A stretch of DNA of 64,000 bases, taken from positions 7,273 through 71,272 of the forward strand of contig NZ_CALUXO010000002.1 in NCBI RefSeq assembly GCF_944324745.1, read 5' to 3'. Below, one piece after another: positions 1 through 9,707 of the stretch (its first letter is position 1; each line of letters opens with the position of its first letter). The translations under genes were made by a program, and so were the position numbers. Origin of the DNA: an uncultured Thomasclavelia sp. Lineage in GTDB: Bacteria; Bacillota_I; Bacilli_A; Erysipelotrichales; Coprobacillaceae. The notes below the pieces were generated by a model, which made no database searches, was not told the DNA's origin, and was given only the letters and a program-made list of their open reading frames with translations.

Positions 1-2632
1 AATCCCACATATATTGAGCTTCAGGCTTATAATTCCAATGAGCTTGATCTTTAATCGCAGTAAATTTCATGATCACACCATTTTCATTAGATATAGTTCC
101 TTCTAAAGCATCCTTAGTTCCTAGTTTGAACCATTGTTGATTATCTAATGCAATTCCATAATATGGATTTAAAGACATATCATAATTTTCACTGACAGTT
201 GTTCCATTTACTTTCTGGTAAGCTTGAATCACAGGAAAAATTTCACACGCTGGATCAACATCTTGAATATATAGACCATCACCGACCTGGAAGCTATTTT
301 GACTTGATAAGTCAACTGGAATCATTCCAAAGAAATCATGATCACCACACATATAGATCAATGGTACATCAGGTCCATCATAATTTTGGGCTAAACTTAC
401 TATTTCATCTTTATCTACAGCTGGAGCTGAAACAGCACCAACAGCAGCAAAGACATCATTATATTTAATTCCATATAGCTGTGATGCACTGCCACCAGCT
501 GATAAACCAGTAATGTAGATTCTTGAAGAATCGATTTGTGGATATTTAACCTTTAACATATCAATCCATTCAATTAGTTTATCTCCTTCAAGTCCATCGC
601 AATTAAAGAAATTAGGACCAGGTTCATGGGTAGATGAATCATATACAATACCTTGCCATTCTGGAGCCATAACCATGAATTTTTCTTGACTAGCTAACTC
701 TACCCAACCAGTAGTTTCCCCTTGCAGTCTGGCATCATTACCATTACCGTGTAAAGAAATAACTAATGGTACTGAACCATTTGGTTCATCTAAAGTTTCT
801 CTAGGAATATATTCAAACCAAGTATAACTACCTGCTCCATTTAATGGCGTATTATAGATTGAATTATATTGAATATTTAATTCGTCATAATCAGCAATAC
901 CAATCAATGGATAAGGATCAGTATAGTTAATTGGGTCAGCCGTATAGAATTCTGTTTTTTCATTATGTTGACGATAATTCTTTGAAAAAACAGTTTCCCA
1001 GGCATTTTCAAAAGCTGCAGCTAGAGATTCGTTTTCACCAATAACAACTTTTTGTAATGGGTCATTTTGACTTTGATAAACATTTGTTTGAACTTCAGTA
1101 GCATCATTTGCTTGAATATAATATTCTTTGGCAACTGTACTAGGATTACTTAAGTAAGCTGGTAAGCAAACGTTATAGTCCAATCCTGCTTCCATCGAAC
1201 CATTATATGTCATAATACCAGCAATAGCATAACATCTTTGAGATAAATAGTTATTGACAAAAGTAGCTCCATCATCAATTCCAATAACTTTAATGTTTGA
1301 AGTTCCTGGGCCAATTAATTCAATAAAAGCATCACTATCTTCTTGAGTATAGTTTTCTCCATTCATTGGTGTTACTACGGTCACTGAAGCTGCCCATTCT
1401 TGTAGATTATTGATAATATTCATTTCATCAAGCATCTTTTCAGCTTCTTTTTCTGTAACATTTCCTGGATAAACATAATAAACTGGAGTTACTACTGAAG
1501 AATAATCAGTTGTATAACCAAAATCAGCAGCATTATATTGATATGTAGTATCACTAGTTTTGTTCAAATCTATTGCATAAATATCATCATTTTCCTGTAA
1601 CATCGTCTCTAATTGAGCTTGAATAAATGGGGTATACCAAAATAAATATCCCGCTTTAGATGGATGAATTGGATCAACCATATAGTATTCTCTTAATAGA
1701 ACATCAACAAAAGATGATTCATTCCACATATCGATGATTCCAATATCCCATTTACTTTGAACATCATAGAGCGCATCGACCATTTCTTGATAAACAGTTT
1801 GATAAACTTCTTTAATTTCTTGTTCACTGCCACCATTTACTGCAACAAAATGGCTGATTGCCTCATCGCTAAGATATGGATTAGTATAAAAAATTACTGG
1901 ACAATCCCAAACTTGTTTAGCATAAGCAATAATATATTCCATTGCTCCATAAATTGTAGAATAATCAAAATCATCAAGATCATAAGAATCAGATAAACTA
2001 CCAAATTCAATTCCTAAAGAAGCATCATTAGTAGATAATTGTACTACTAAAGCATCTAATTTAGTATCTGGTGTAATTGCGCCTTCTAATAATTGGGTAA
2101 TATAACTTACCTCTTCACGAGCACCTTCTTTTTTTGCTAAAGGACCACCAGTAATAGCTTGCTTGATTGAGGTACTACCACTAATTTTTTGAATATAATC
2201 GACAAATGATACCCCACCACTTTGGAAACCATATGTAATTGATGATCCTAAATAACCAATTGTTTTACCATTTAAATAACTACCATCTTCATATAAGATA
2301 TTATCTAAATCTAAAGAGCTATCATTTCCATTGATCAAATTTTCCACTTTTTGATAATTTTGGACATTATTTTTCTCTTCATCAGATAATCCCTCATATT
2401 CCTCTTTAATATTTAATGCCTGAAAATATGTATTACTTACATCATCTACATTATACATACTATCTGGCAATAATGATATCTGTTCATTAATATCTTCAAC
2501 ACTAACTTGTTGCTCAAGATTTTGAACATCATCACTTTCTATTGCATTTACTGGATTATATACTGCTAAACTTGAAAACAATAATATTCCAGTAAATAAA
2601 AAAATAATCAGTCTTTTTAATGTTTTCTTCAT
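1..2632 (-). CDS. Secreted two-domain esterase (SGNH/GDSL-type hydrolase + alpha/beta-hydrolase esterase); C-terminus truncated by the window edge
   Basis: Absent from the ORF track because the frame stays open to position 1. My own translation starts at ATG 2632..2630 (AAAGGAG 7 nt upstream). It gives a signal peptide MKKTLKRLIIFLFTGILLFSSLAVYNPVNA, then GYLGSSITYG, QLSTNDA and DPIHPS (SGNH blocks I/III/V). Near the window start it gives IYITGLSAGG (GxSxG nucleophile elbow). Confidence 0.75.
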   Translation of the reverse strand, partial: MKKTLKRLIIFLFTGILLFSSLAVYNPVNAIESDDVQNLEQQVSVEDINEQISLLPDSMYNVDDVSNTYFQALNIKEEYEGLSDEEKNNVQNYQKVENLINGNDSSLDLDNILYEDGSYLNGKTIGYLGSSITYGFQSGGVSFVDYIQKISGSTSIKQAITGGPLAKKEGAREEVSYITQLLEGAITPDTKLDALVVQLSTNDASLGIEFGSLSDSYDLDDFDYSTIYGAMEYIIAYAKQVWDCPVIFYTNPYLSDEAISHFVAVNGGSEQEIKEVYQTVYQEMVDALYDVQSKWDIGIIDMWNESSFVDVLLREYYMVDPIHPSKAGYLFWYTPFIQAQLETMLQENDDIYAIDLNKTSDTTYQYNAADFGYTTDYSSVVTPVYYVYPGNVTEKEAEKMLDEMNIINNLQEWAASVTVVTPMNGENYTQEDSDAFIELIGPGTSNIKVIGIDDGATFVNNYLSQRCYAIAGIMTYNGSMEAGLDYNVCLPAYLSNPSTVAKEYYIQANDATEVQTNVYQSQNDPLQKVVIGENESLAAAFENAWETVFSKNYRQHNEKTEFYTADPINYTDPYPLIGIADYDELNIQYNSIYNTPLNGAGSYTWFEYIPRETLDEPNGSVPLVISLHGNGNDARLQGETTGWVELASQEKFMVMAPEWQGIVYDSSTHEPGPNFFNCDGLEGDKLIEWIDMLKVKYPQIDSSRIYITGLSAGGSASQLYGIKYNDVFAAVGAVSAPAVDKDEIVSLAQNYDGPDVPLIYMCGDHDFFGMIPVDLSSQNSFQVGDGLYIQDVDPACEIFPVIQAYQKVNGTTVSENYDMSLNPYYGIALDNQQWFKLGTKDALEGTISNENGVIMKFTAIKDQAHWNYKPEAQYMWD

Positions 2633-2729
2633 CTGTTTCTCCTTTCTGTAACCGTTTTCAATTATAACATTAAAAAAACATGATATATTTCTAAAAAAAA
2701 TTCAATCATTCAGAAAATGAATGAAAGCA

Positions 2730-3521
2730 CTATTTAGACTCATTCAATAGTAACTTATACATCAATAAAATAAAATACATTAACTGCCAATAGCCCATAT
2801 TTTTCTTAACAATACCACCAAAAATAATAAAATCATCAAACCGTTCAATATCTTCATGATTAGTATCTATCGTCCATAACATTTTATAAACATTAGAATT
2901 ATTGTTTTGAAATAAATTATCTCTAATCTGCTTATAAGCTCTTTGCTCCAAAGAAATTACAACAATCAAGCTATCATCATCTATCTTTTGTAATAATTCA
3001 TTTTGAAAATGATAATCAAAAATCACATATGCTTCCTTCCCTAAAGATATCAAAGCCATCTGCAACAAATGAGTAATAGCCATCGATAACTCCGATCCCA
3101 TAAAAATAATAGTTTGCGAAGTTTTTAATTTTTCAATCACTCTTTCAATATGTCTTTGATCCAAATCATTAATATAGCTAAGACACTGAGCAATACTATT
3201 AGTGACATCCATCAAAACATCTTCATATCCTAGATTATTTTGAATTTCATTATTTTTTTCAATCACATAATTAGAAAGCATAATACTATTTTTAAACTCA
3301 CTATAATTCTTATATCCCATTTTTTTAATAAAACGAGATAAAGAAGCTTGCGAAAAATAAGTTTTTTCACTCAATTTATCCAACGAATATTTATTTAAAT
3401 CATACCGATTTTCTAATATCTTCTTTGCAATCATAACATCATTACTTTCACTTCGAGATTTATTGATTAGATACAGCAAATCATAAACAGCTATCATATT
3501 TTTATTAGGCTCATCTCTCAT
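2730..3521 (-). CDS. MurR/RpiR-family transcriptional regulator (HTH + SIS domain)
   Basis: Track ORF 2730..3542. The HTH segment KTYFSQASLSRFIKKMGYKNYSEFK is typical of RpiR, and there is a SIS-like region IIFMGSELS. Start moved to ATG 3521 (MRDEP...), which follows GGAGG. Confidence 0.8.
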   Translation of the reverse strand: MRDEPNKNMIAVYDLLYLINKSRSESNDVMIAKKILENRYDLNKYSLDKLSEKTYFSQASLSRFIKKMGYKNYSEFKNSIMLSNYVIEKNNEIQNNLGYEDVLMDVTNSIAQCLSYINDLDQRHIERVIEKLKTSQTIIFMGSELSMAITHLLQMALISLGKEAYVIFDYHFQNELLQKIDDDSLIVVISLEQRAYKQIRDNLFQNNNSNVYKMLWTIDTNHEDIERFDDFIIFGGIVKKNMGYWQLMYFILLMYKLLLNESK

Positions 3522-3603
3522 TTTTCTACCTCCATTTATCAAAAATTATATTTATTTACTAATATAACACCTTTAAATCATTAAAACAATCGCTGTTATC
3601 AAC

Positions 3604-3636
3604 TAAAAAAATGAGTCATCATTTAGACGACTCATT
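3604..3636 (-). terminator. Rho-independent terminator after murD
   Basis: Minus-sense AATGAGTC-(11 nt loop)-GACTCATT followed by TTTTT. It overlaps the murD stop codon. Confidence 0.6.
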
Positions 3637-4981
3637 ACTTTTTATAATTATTTACAATTTCCTTAAATACTTTCCCACGTTGTTCATAACTAGTAAATTC
3701 ATCAAAACTACTAGTTGATGGTGAAAGTAATACTATATCTCCAGGCTCTGCTTGATCTAAGGCTTCAATCGTTGCTGCTTCTAGATCTTTAACTAGTACA
3801 CTGTTAGCAACATGCATTTCATCTTTAAATCTTTTACCAGCTGCTCCAAAAGCAACTAAACGTTTAATATGATTACCATATGTTGCCATTTCCGTTAAAT
3901 CCAACCCTTTTTCAAAACCACCCATTAATAAAATAACTGGTTTATCAAAAGCCTTTAAAGCAATAATACTAGCATCAGTATTCGTTGCTTTAGAATCATT
4001 GTATACTTTAACACCATTAATTTCTCTGACAAATTCAATTCGATGTTCTACTCCCATAAACGAAGCAATTTCTCGTTCAACAACCTCAGTAGCCACATTA
4101 GATAACTTAGCCATACAGATTGCTACCATGATATTTTGAACATTATGATTTCCTACGATCTTAATTTCATCTAAGTCGATGATCTTTTCATCTTTAAAAT
4201 AAATAGCTTGATCTTTGATCATACAATCAGCTTCTTTAGTCAACGACATAGTTACTTGCTTACATGGTACTGGATAACGCTCAAGATATTCTAATACGGT
4301 TTTATCATCAAGGTTAACAACATAAAAATCCTCTTGATCAGTATTTTTATAAATATTGGTTTTAGAAGCATAATATTCATCTAATGAAGCCATATAATCT
4401 AAATGATCTGGCGTTAAATTGATGATCGTTGAAAGATGTGGTTTGAAAGTATCAATATCTAATAATTGGAAATTACTCATTTCAATTACTACATAATGAT
4501 TTTCTTCTTCCAATAAGTTATTATCCATGACAATATCACATAAAGGATAACCAACATTTCCCGCTAAATGCACTTTAGGATACTGTCCTTTTAAAATCTT
4601 TTCAATTAAAGTTACCGTTGTTGTTTTACCATTAGTACCCGTTATCGCAATATAATGTTGTTTTTTTGCAACCTGAAAAGCTAATTCAATTTCCGTATAA
4701 ACAGGAATTTTACGCTCTTTCAATCTCAGGATAAATGGTTTATGATAATTAATTCCAGGATTTTTGATAACAAAATCAAAATCACGTTCAAACAATTCAT
4801 CAGGATGACTGCCAGTAACCATTTCAATTCCCATATCGATATATTGTTGATATTCAGGAATATCTTTAGCATCCTTAGCTTCATTTACCGTGATAGTAGC
4901 ATTTAAATGATGTAATAATCTAATTGCTGCTTTACCACTACGAGCTAATCCAATTACTAATACTTTTTTACCTGTTAACAT
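3635..4981 (-). CDS. murD: UDP-N-acetylmuramoyl-L-alanine--D-glutamate ligase
   Basis: GLARSGKAA Rossmann motif and ITGTNGKTTT P-loop of Mur ligases; about 448 aa. Start at ATG 4981 (MLTGKKVLVIG), 1 nt after the mraY stop. Confidence 0.93.
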   Translation of the reverse strand: MLTGKKVLVIGLARSGKAAIRLLHHLNATITVNEAKDAKDIPEYQQYIDMGIEMVTGSHPDELFERDFDFVIKNPGINYHKPFILRLKERKIPVYTEIELAFQVAKKQHYIAITGTNGKTTTVTLIEKILKGQYPKVHLAGNVGYPLCDIVMDNNLLEEENHYVVIEMSNFQLLDIDTFKPHLSTIINLTPDHLDYMASLDEYYASKTNIYKNTDQEDFYVVNLDDKTVLEYLERYPVPCKQVTMSLTKEADCMIKDQAIYFKDEKIIDLDEIKIVGNHNVQNIMVAICMAKLSNVATEVVEREIASFMGVEHRIEFVREINGVKVYNDSKATNTDASIIALKAFDKPVILLMGGFEKGLDLTEMATYGNHIKRLVAFGAAGKRFKDEMHVANSVLVKDLEAATIEALDQAEPGDIVLLSPSTSSFDEFTSYEQRGKVFKEIVNNYKK

Positions 4982-4982
4982 G

Positions 4983-5960
4983 TTATAACACTCCAATTAC
5001 AATCGATAAAATTCCACAAATGAAACCAATAAACCAAAATGAAATAGTAACTTGCTGTTCTGACCAACCTAACATTTCAAAATGATGATGAATTGGTGCC
5101 ATTTTAAAGACTCTTTTTCCTCTGGTTTTAAATGAAACAACTTGAATGATTACTGATAATGTTTCCATCAAGAAAACACCACCAACTAAAATCAACAATA
5201 ATTCTTGTTTAGTCAAAATTGCCAAAATTGCAATAAAACCACCTAAACCAAGGGAACCAACATCACCCATAAAAATCTTAGCTGGATGATAGTTAAACAT
5301 CATAAATCCTAACAATGCTCCAACCATAGCAGTAGCATAGCTTGCTAGAGCATAATCTTTAGTCATTGTTGCAAAGATAATAAATGGTGCAATCGCAACC
5401 ATTGAAAGACCAGTAGCTAAACCATCAAGTCCATCTGATAAATTGACTCCATTACTAGCTCCGGCAAACATTATTAAAATTAAAGCTGGGTATAAAATAC
5501 CAAAATCAATTTCTGCTTTGATAACTGGTATCGTTACTACTGATGTAAAATCAGGAATAAAGTTCATTGCAAAGAAATAACAAATAATTGCCAAAGCAAT
5601 TTGCGCTAACAATTTAGCTAAAGGTGGTAACCCTTTATTACTATGTTTGATAATTATCAATGCATCATCAACAAATCCAATAGCACTATAACCTACTAAA
5701 ACAATGGTCGTTAAGATTAATTCCGGATTAAATAAACCTCCGATATTGACAATTACCGCTGCAACAATTGCTGCTAAAACAAAAACAATTCCTCCCATTG
5801 TTGGTGTTCCATTTTTCTTTTTATGAGAAGCTAACCCTTCTTCCCTTTCTACCTGTCCAAATTTCATCTTATGTAAAAATGGTATTACTTTTGGCATGGC
5901 TATAACCACCAAGATAAACCCAATCACAAAAGCAAATACTAACTTAAGAAAATTTTCCAT
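4983..5960 (-). CDS. mraY: Phospho-N-acetylmuramoyl-pentapeptide transferase
   Basis: 325 aa polytopic membrane protein with SDGLDGLA, GDVGSLGLGG and PIHHHFE motifs characteristic of MraY. Confidence 0.95.
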   Translation of the reverse strand: MENFLKLVFAFVIGFILVVIAMPKVIPFLHKMKFGQVEREEGLASHKKKNGTPTMGGIVFVLAAIVAAVIVNIGGLFNPELILTTIVLVGYSAIGFVDDALIIIKHSNKGLPPLAKLLAQIALAIICYFFAMNFIPDFTSVVTIPVIKAEIDFGILYPALILIMFAGASNGVNLSDGLDGLATGLSMVAIAPFIIFATMTKDYALASYATAMVGALLGFMMFNYHPAKIFMGDVGSLGLGGFIAILAILTKQELLLILVGGVFLMETLSVIIQVVSFKTRGKRVFKMAPIHHHFEMLGWSEQQVTISFWFIGFICGILSIVIGVL

Positions 5961-6017
5961 GTATCTGACCCCTTTTTTTCAAATTCGTATTTACTATATC
6001 ATATTCTTGATAAATAG

Positions 6018-6045
6018 GCAAAATAAAAGGGACAAAAGTCCCTTT
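6018..6045 (-). terminator. Rho-independent terminator after the HPr-like gene
   Basis: Minus-sense AAAGGGAC-TTTT-GTCCCTTT followed by TATTTTG. It separates the HPr-like gene from mraY. Confidence 0.7.
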
Positions 6046-6054
6046 CATCCATCA

Positions 6055-6327
6055 TTATTGGTCAATAATACCTAATTCTTTCATCTTTTTTACCGCATGG
6101 TCAATAGCGGCATCAGCATCTTCTCCATCAGCAATAATATCAATATCTGCCTTAGTTGGAATCCCTAAAGATAAAACACCCATTAATGATTTCATGTTGA
6201 CAGTTTTTGAAGCGTAGACTAGTTTAATATCACTTTTAAACACTTTCATAGTATCAACTAATTCGGTTGCTGGAGTAGCATATAAACCAACTGGATCAGT
6301 TACGGTAACGCTAATTCTTTTTACCAT
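6055..6327 (-). CDS. HPr-family phosphocarrier paralogue lacking the His15 site (Crh-like)
   Basis: The 90 aa product aligns by eye with B. subtilis HPr/Crh. GLYATPAT replaces GIHARPAT (TAT codon at 6282..6280). The regulatory serine context KTVNMKSLMGVLSLG is conserved. Confidence 0.85.
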   Translation of the reverse strand: MVKRISVTVTDPVGLYATPATELVDTMKVFKSDIKLVYASKTVNMKSLMGVLSLGIPTKADIDIIADGEDADAAIDHAVKKMKELGIIDQ

Positions 6328-6549
6328 ATTGCATACCTCCTTGTTGCCTTTATTATACCATTTTTATTGATTGATTTCATCAATAATGAATCTCTTTTTA
6401 TTAAAATAATATTAAAATTTTCACCAAAAACACCACGATATTTATAATTCACTACATTAATTACATCTAATGTGATTTATCAAGCATTTTATTGTTATCA
6501 AATGGCGATTATGATAGAATTTCTCTATCATAATTATGGAGAGGTCACA

Positions 6550-7431
6550 ATGAAAAATATAATTAAAAAACTATCTCACAGCAAGCTAGAACCCCTGTTC
6601 TATTTAGCCTACAATATCTTAATTAAAATCGAATATTTATCCTTTTCGAGTCAATGGTATATTAAAGGTTATCGAAAACCTGATCAAGAAGCAATTAATA
6701 ATGTAGCAAATAATGTTACTTTTATTTACAAATCTTTTGAAAGACAAAAACTAGCCAAACGCTTATATAAAAACATTGCTTCATATTATCCTGGAGCAAA
6801 AGTTATTATTGCCGATGACAGTCACAAACCCCTTAAAATCAAAGGTGACAATTTAGAAATAATTCAATTACCCTTTAATAGTGGTCTAAGCTATGGATTA
6901 AATCGAGCATTAGAAAAAGTTACTACTGCCTATACTGTTAGATTAGATGATGATGAACTTTTGACCCCGTTAACTAGAATTGAAGATGAATTAGCTTTTT
7001 TAAATCAGCACCGTGAAGTCGATTTAGTTGGTTTTGGTATCATGTCTACACCTAAGTGCCAATTACCTAAAAAATCATTACAATTCTATTTTAGTGAATC
7101 GATGTCCCGAGCTCCTAAAAAACTGATAATTCCCCATCTAACTATGATTGATCAAAATCATATCGTTGTTGGAAAATCGCCTAACTCATTTATTGTAAGA
7201 ACTAATAAACTAAAAGAACTGGGCTGGGATGATAATATTAGAATGATGGATCATAAAGAGTTTTTCATCCGCGCTGCGGGAAATATTGTTTCAACGGTAA
7301 ATCCCAATACTATTATCTTTCACGGTCATAATCAATTTAATAAAAATTATCAAAATTACCGTTCAAGAGTAGCTCAAGATAAATTATATATTCAAAACAA
7401 GTATGCTAAACGTTATCAAAATAATAAATAA
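6550..7431 (+). CDS. Glycosyltransferase family 2-like protein
   Basis: VIIADDSHKP ... NSGLSYGLNRAL ... RLDDDE resembles the GT2 DxD-type core. Start moved to ATG 6550 (MKNIIKK), preceded by GGAGAGG. Confidence 0.6.
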   Translation: MKNIIKKLSHSKLEPLFYLAYNILIKIEYLSFSSQWYIKGYRKPDQEAINNVANNVTFIYKSFERQKLAKRLYKNIASYYPGAKVIIADDSHKPLKIKGDNLEIIQLPFNSGLSYGLNRALEKVTTAYTVRLDDDELLTPLTRIEDELAFLNQHREVDLVGFGIMSTPKCQLPKKSLQFYFSESMSRAPKKLIIPHLTMIDQNHIVVGKSPNSFIVRTNKLKELGWDDNIRMMDHKEFFIRAAGNIVSTVNPNTIIFHGHNQFNKNYQNYRSRVAQDKLYIQNKYAKRYQNNK

Positions 7432-7550
7432 TGCTTGATATATGAAGTATTTTTCATTTTTAGTTAATAAATAATTCATATTTATTAACTATTCACACAA
7501 TCTTCACATATTTTTTACTTATAGTTAGCAACACGGGAGGAATAAATAAA

Positions 7551-7862
7551 ATGAAATTAAAAAATAATAAAGGAAAAACTAGTGCTCTAGTAATTATTCT
7601 TTATATTATAGCAGCGGGGATGCTTCTAGCATTTTTATTAAGTTTCTATAATGTAACTAGCTATATCTGGTCTTTACATGTTGCTGGATCAATTTCACTA
7701 TCAGCTGACTGGTTTGATTGTATCATTTACTATATGAACAACACTCTGGAATATTTAGGATATGCTGTTGTTATTTTTGCTTTAGGATATATCATCAGTT
7801 ATATTAAAAAGCAAAAACAGCCAACAATTGAAACAGAAAATACGATCGAAGAAAATAAATAA
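7551..7862 (+). CDS. Small membrane protein, function unknown
   Basis: GGGAGGA SD upstream of the ATG, two hydrophobic segments, and a terminator directly downstream. Confidence 0.5.
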   Translation: MKLKNNKGKTSALVIILYIIAAGMLLAFLLSFYNVTSYIWSLHVAGSISLSADWFDCIIYYMNNTLEYLGYAVVIFALGYIISYIKKQKQPTIETENTIEENK

Positions 7863-7881
7863 AATATTGTCAATTAATATT

Positions 7882-7921
7882 AAAAAACAGAAATTTAATC
7901 AATTATAAATTTCTGTTTTTT
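7882..7921. terminator. Bidirectional rho-independent terminator
   Basis: AAAAAACAGAAATTT-(10 nt)-AAATTTCTGTTTTTTT lies between convergent genes 7551..7862 (+) and 7924..8460 (-). Confidence 0.65.
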
Positions 7922-7923
7922 TA

Positions 7924-8460
7924 TTAACCTGGTAATTTCCTTTTTTCAATCATCAAGACATAAGGAGCCAGCTCCTTATTGATCATTTTAAACTGTCCAA
8001 CATTAAACAATCTAAAATCCAAATTAGAAACATATTCATCAATAACCTTGCTTTCCCTTTTTCCCTCTTCATGGCCAACATAAACCACTAAATATAAAAT
8101 ACCATCCGGTTTTAATAACTCGATCCCTTTTTTTATCGCAATTAAACTGCTGTCAGCCTTAGTGGTAATACTATGATCACCATTTGGTAAATAACCTAAA
8201 TTAAATACACCTACATCAATTTGTTCCACATATTTATCTACATGTTCATGACTATCCAAAATTAACGTAACATTTTCTTTATTTCCTAAAAGTTCACTAG
8301 TTTTATCAAGGGCTTGCTGTTGAATATCAAAACTATACACTTTATCAGCTAAATTACTTAAAAACAACGTATCATGACCATTACCCATAGTAAAATCAAC
8401 GGCAACATCATAATGTTTCTTTTCTATTCGATTATGAATAAAATCAATCATCGATTCCAT
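7924..8460 (-). CDS. Class I SAM-dependent methyltransferase, YtqB/MnmM-like
   Basis: DFTMGNGHDTLFL SAM-binding motif and about 180 aa size fit the 'putative rRNA methylase' / YtqB family. The track start is a GTG. ATG 8460 follows GAGGTG by 6 nt. Confidence 0.7.
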   Translation of the reverse strand: MESMIDFIHNRIEKKHYDVAVDFTMGNGHDTLFLSNLADKVYSFDIQQQALDKTSELLGNKENVTLILDSHEHVDKYVEQIDVGVFNLGYLPNGDHSITTKADSSLIAIKKGIELLKPDGILYLVVYVGHEEGKRESKVIDEYVSNLDFRLFNVGQFKMINKELAPYVLMIEKRKLPG

Positions 8461-8554
8461 TACCTTCACCTCATCATTTGTATTCTTGTAAAAACATTAT
8501 AACAGGTAATCACTATTTTTTAAATAAATGGCTAAATTTGACATCATCGACTCA

Positions 8555-8592
8555 TAAAAACATAAAAGTTGTTACAACTATTATGTAACAAC
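8555..8592 (-). terminator. Rho-independent terminator ending the PqqD-like/rSAM operon
   Basis: Minus-sense GTTGTTACA-TAATAGT-TGTAACAAC followed by TTTTATGTTTTTAT, 5 nt after the stop at 8597. Confidence 0.7.
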
Positions 8593-8596
8593 CTTT

Positions 8597-9688
8597 TTAC
8601 TTATTTTCATTAACAATTTCTTTTAATAATCGATACATTTCCTTAGCGTAGATACAATTATATTCGGGAATATCAGCATACGCTCCAGTTTCCCACTTAG
8701 CTGTAGCTACGCAGGTATTACATATTGGTCTAAGCTTACAGCTGCTGCATTTTTCATTAACTAAAAGTTCTTTACTTAAAGCCACCAGTTGATTCCAGCT
8801 TTGCTCCAAACCTTCTTTTAAAACTGGAATTGATGGATTTGATAAACTAACACAAGGCCGCATACATCCTTGCCAGTTAATCGCAAAGGAACTACAAGCC
8901 GCCTGGCAGGTAATTTGGCGCGAGTGGGTTGTTTTAGTTTCAACTGTTTGGATCATTTGTTTAACATAGCTATCAAATTGATCACTTTCCATTTCATTTT
9001 GTAAGACTTTTAAATGAACTCTAGCAGCGTCTTGCGGATTTAATCGTGCTTGCTGGTCAAATGGTTTAAATTGATCTTTTAATCCCGGTAACATATTAGT
9101 ATCCATATGAATTGGAATCTTTAAATCATTAGCTAATTGATAGATAGCATCGAAATCATCAAGATTGGCTTTAGTAACACTACCATTCATTTTAACTTTG
9201 ATCTTTCTTGCTAACAATAATTTAATTGCAGCTACTGTTTTTTGGTAACCTTTAAAATGACATAATTTTTCATATGTAGTTTCGCTGCTGCCATAAACGG
9301 TAATATTGATTCTTCTAGGAGGATGTTGTTCAAAAAAATCCGCCCATGTTTCATCGATTAAAGTTCCATTCGTATTAACAGTAACGATCATCCCCATTTT
9401 CTTTAATTCCAAATAAATTTCTTTAAAATCAGGATGTAATAAAGGTTCACCACCAGTAATGGTAATAAATAAAACCCCTGCAACAGCCATTTGCTTAATG
9501 ATTTCCTGCCACTTGGCAAACTCTAATAACGCTCCCTGTTTAAGCATTTCAGCTTTATTAATATGAATATAACACATATCACAATTCATATTGCACAATG
9601 GTGTAAGCTCTAAAGTAGCACTAACTGGTTTAGTATTTTTAGCTCCTTGATTTATTAACATTTTTTCCACTGTTTCAAAATATTCCAT
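8597..9688 (-). CDS. Radical SAM/SPASM-domain enzyme (paralogue B)
   Basis: CNMNCDMCY (CX3CX2C) near the N-terminus. The C-terminal part has CQAACSSFAINWQGCMRPC, then CSSCKLRPICNTC and a final C (SPASM-type auxiliary cluster pattern). Start moved to ATG 9688 (MEYFETVEK), which follows AAGGAGA by 6 nt and aligns with the N-terminus of paralogue A. Confidence 0.85.
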   Translation of the reverse strand: MEYFETVEKMLINQGAKNTKPVSATLELTPLCNMNCDMCYIHINKAEMLKQGALLEFAKWQEIIKQMAVAGVLFITITGGEPLLHPDFKEIYLELKKMGMIVTVNTNGTLIDETWADFFEQHPPRRINITVYGSSETTYEKLCHFKGYQKTVAAIKLLLARKIKVKMNGSVTKANLDDFDAIYQLANDLKIPIHMDTNMLPGLKDQFKPFDQQARLNPQDAARVHLKVLQNEMESDQFDSYVKQMIQTVETKTTHSRQITCQAACSSFAINWQGCMRPCVSLSNPSIPVLKEGLEQSWNQLVALSKELLVNEKCSSCKLRPICNTCVATAKWETGAYADIPEYNCIYAKEMYRLLKEIVNENK

Positions 9689-9707
9689 ATATCTTCTCCT
9701 TAAACCA

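Noticed and set aside
199-468. Track ORF (+), 89 aa, His/Gln-rich
   Set aside because: It lies antisense to the long open minus-strand esterase frame. It has no SD, and its low-complexity composition is typical of a shadow ORF.
1757-1996. Track ORF (+), 79 aa, Ile/Asn-rich
   Set aside because: Same as above: it is antisense to the esterase gene and has no start signals.
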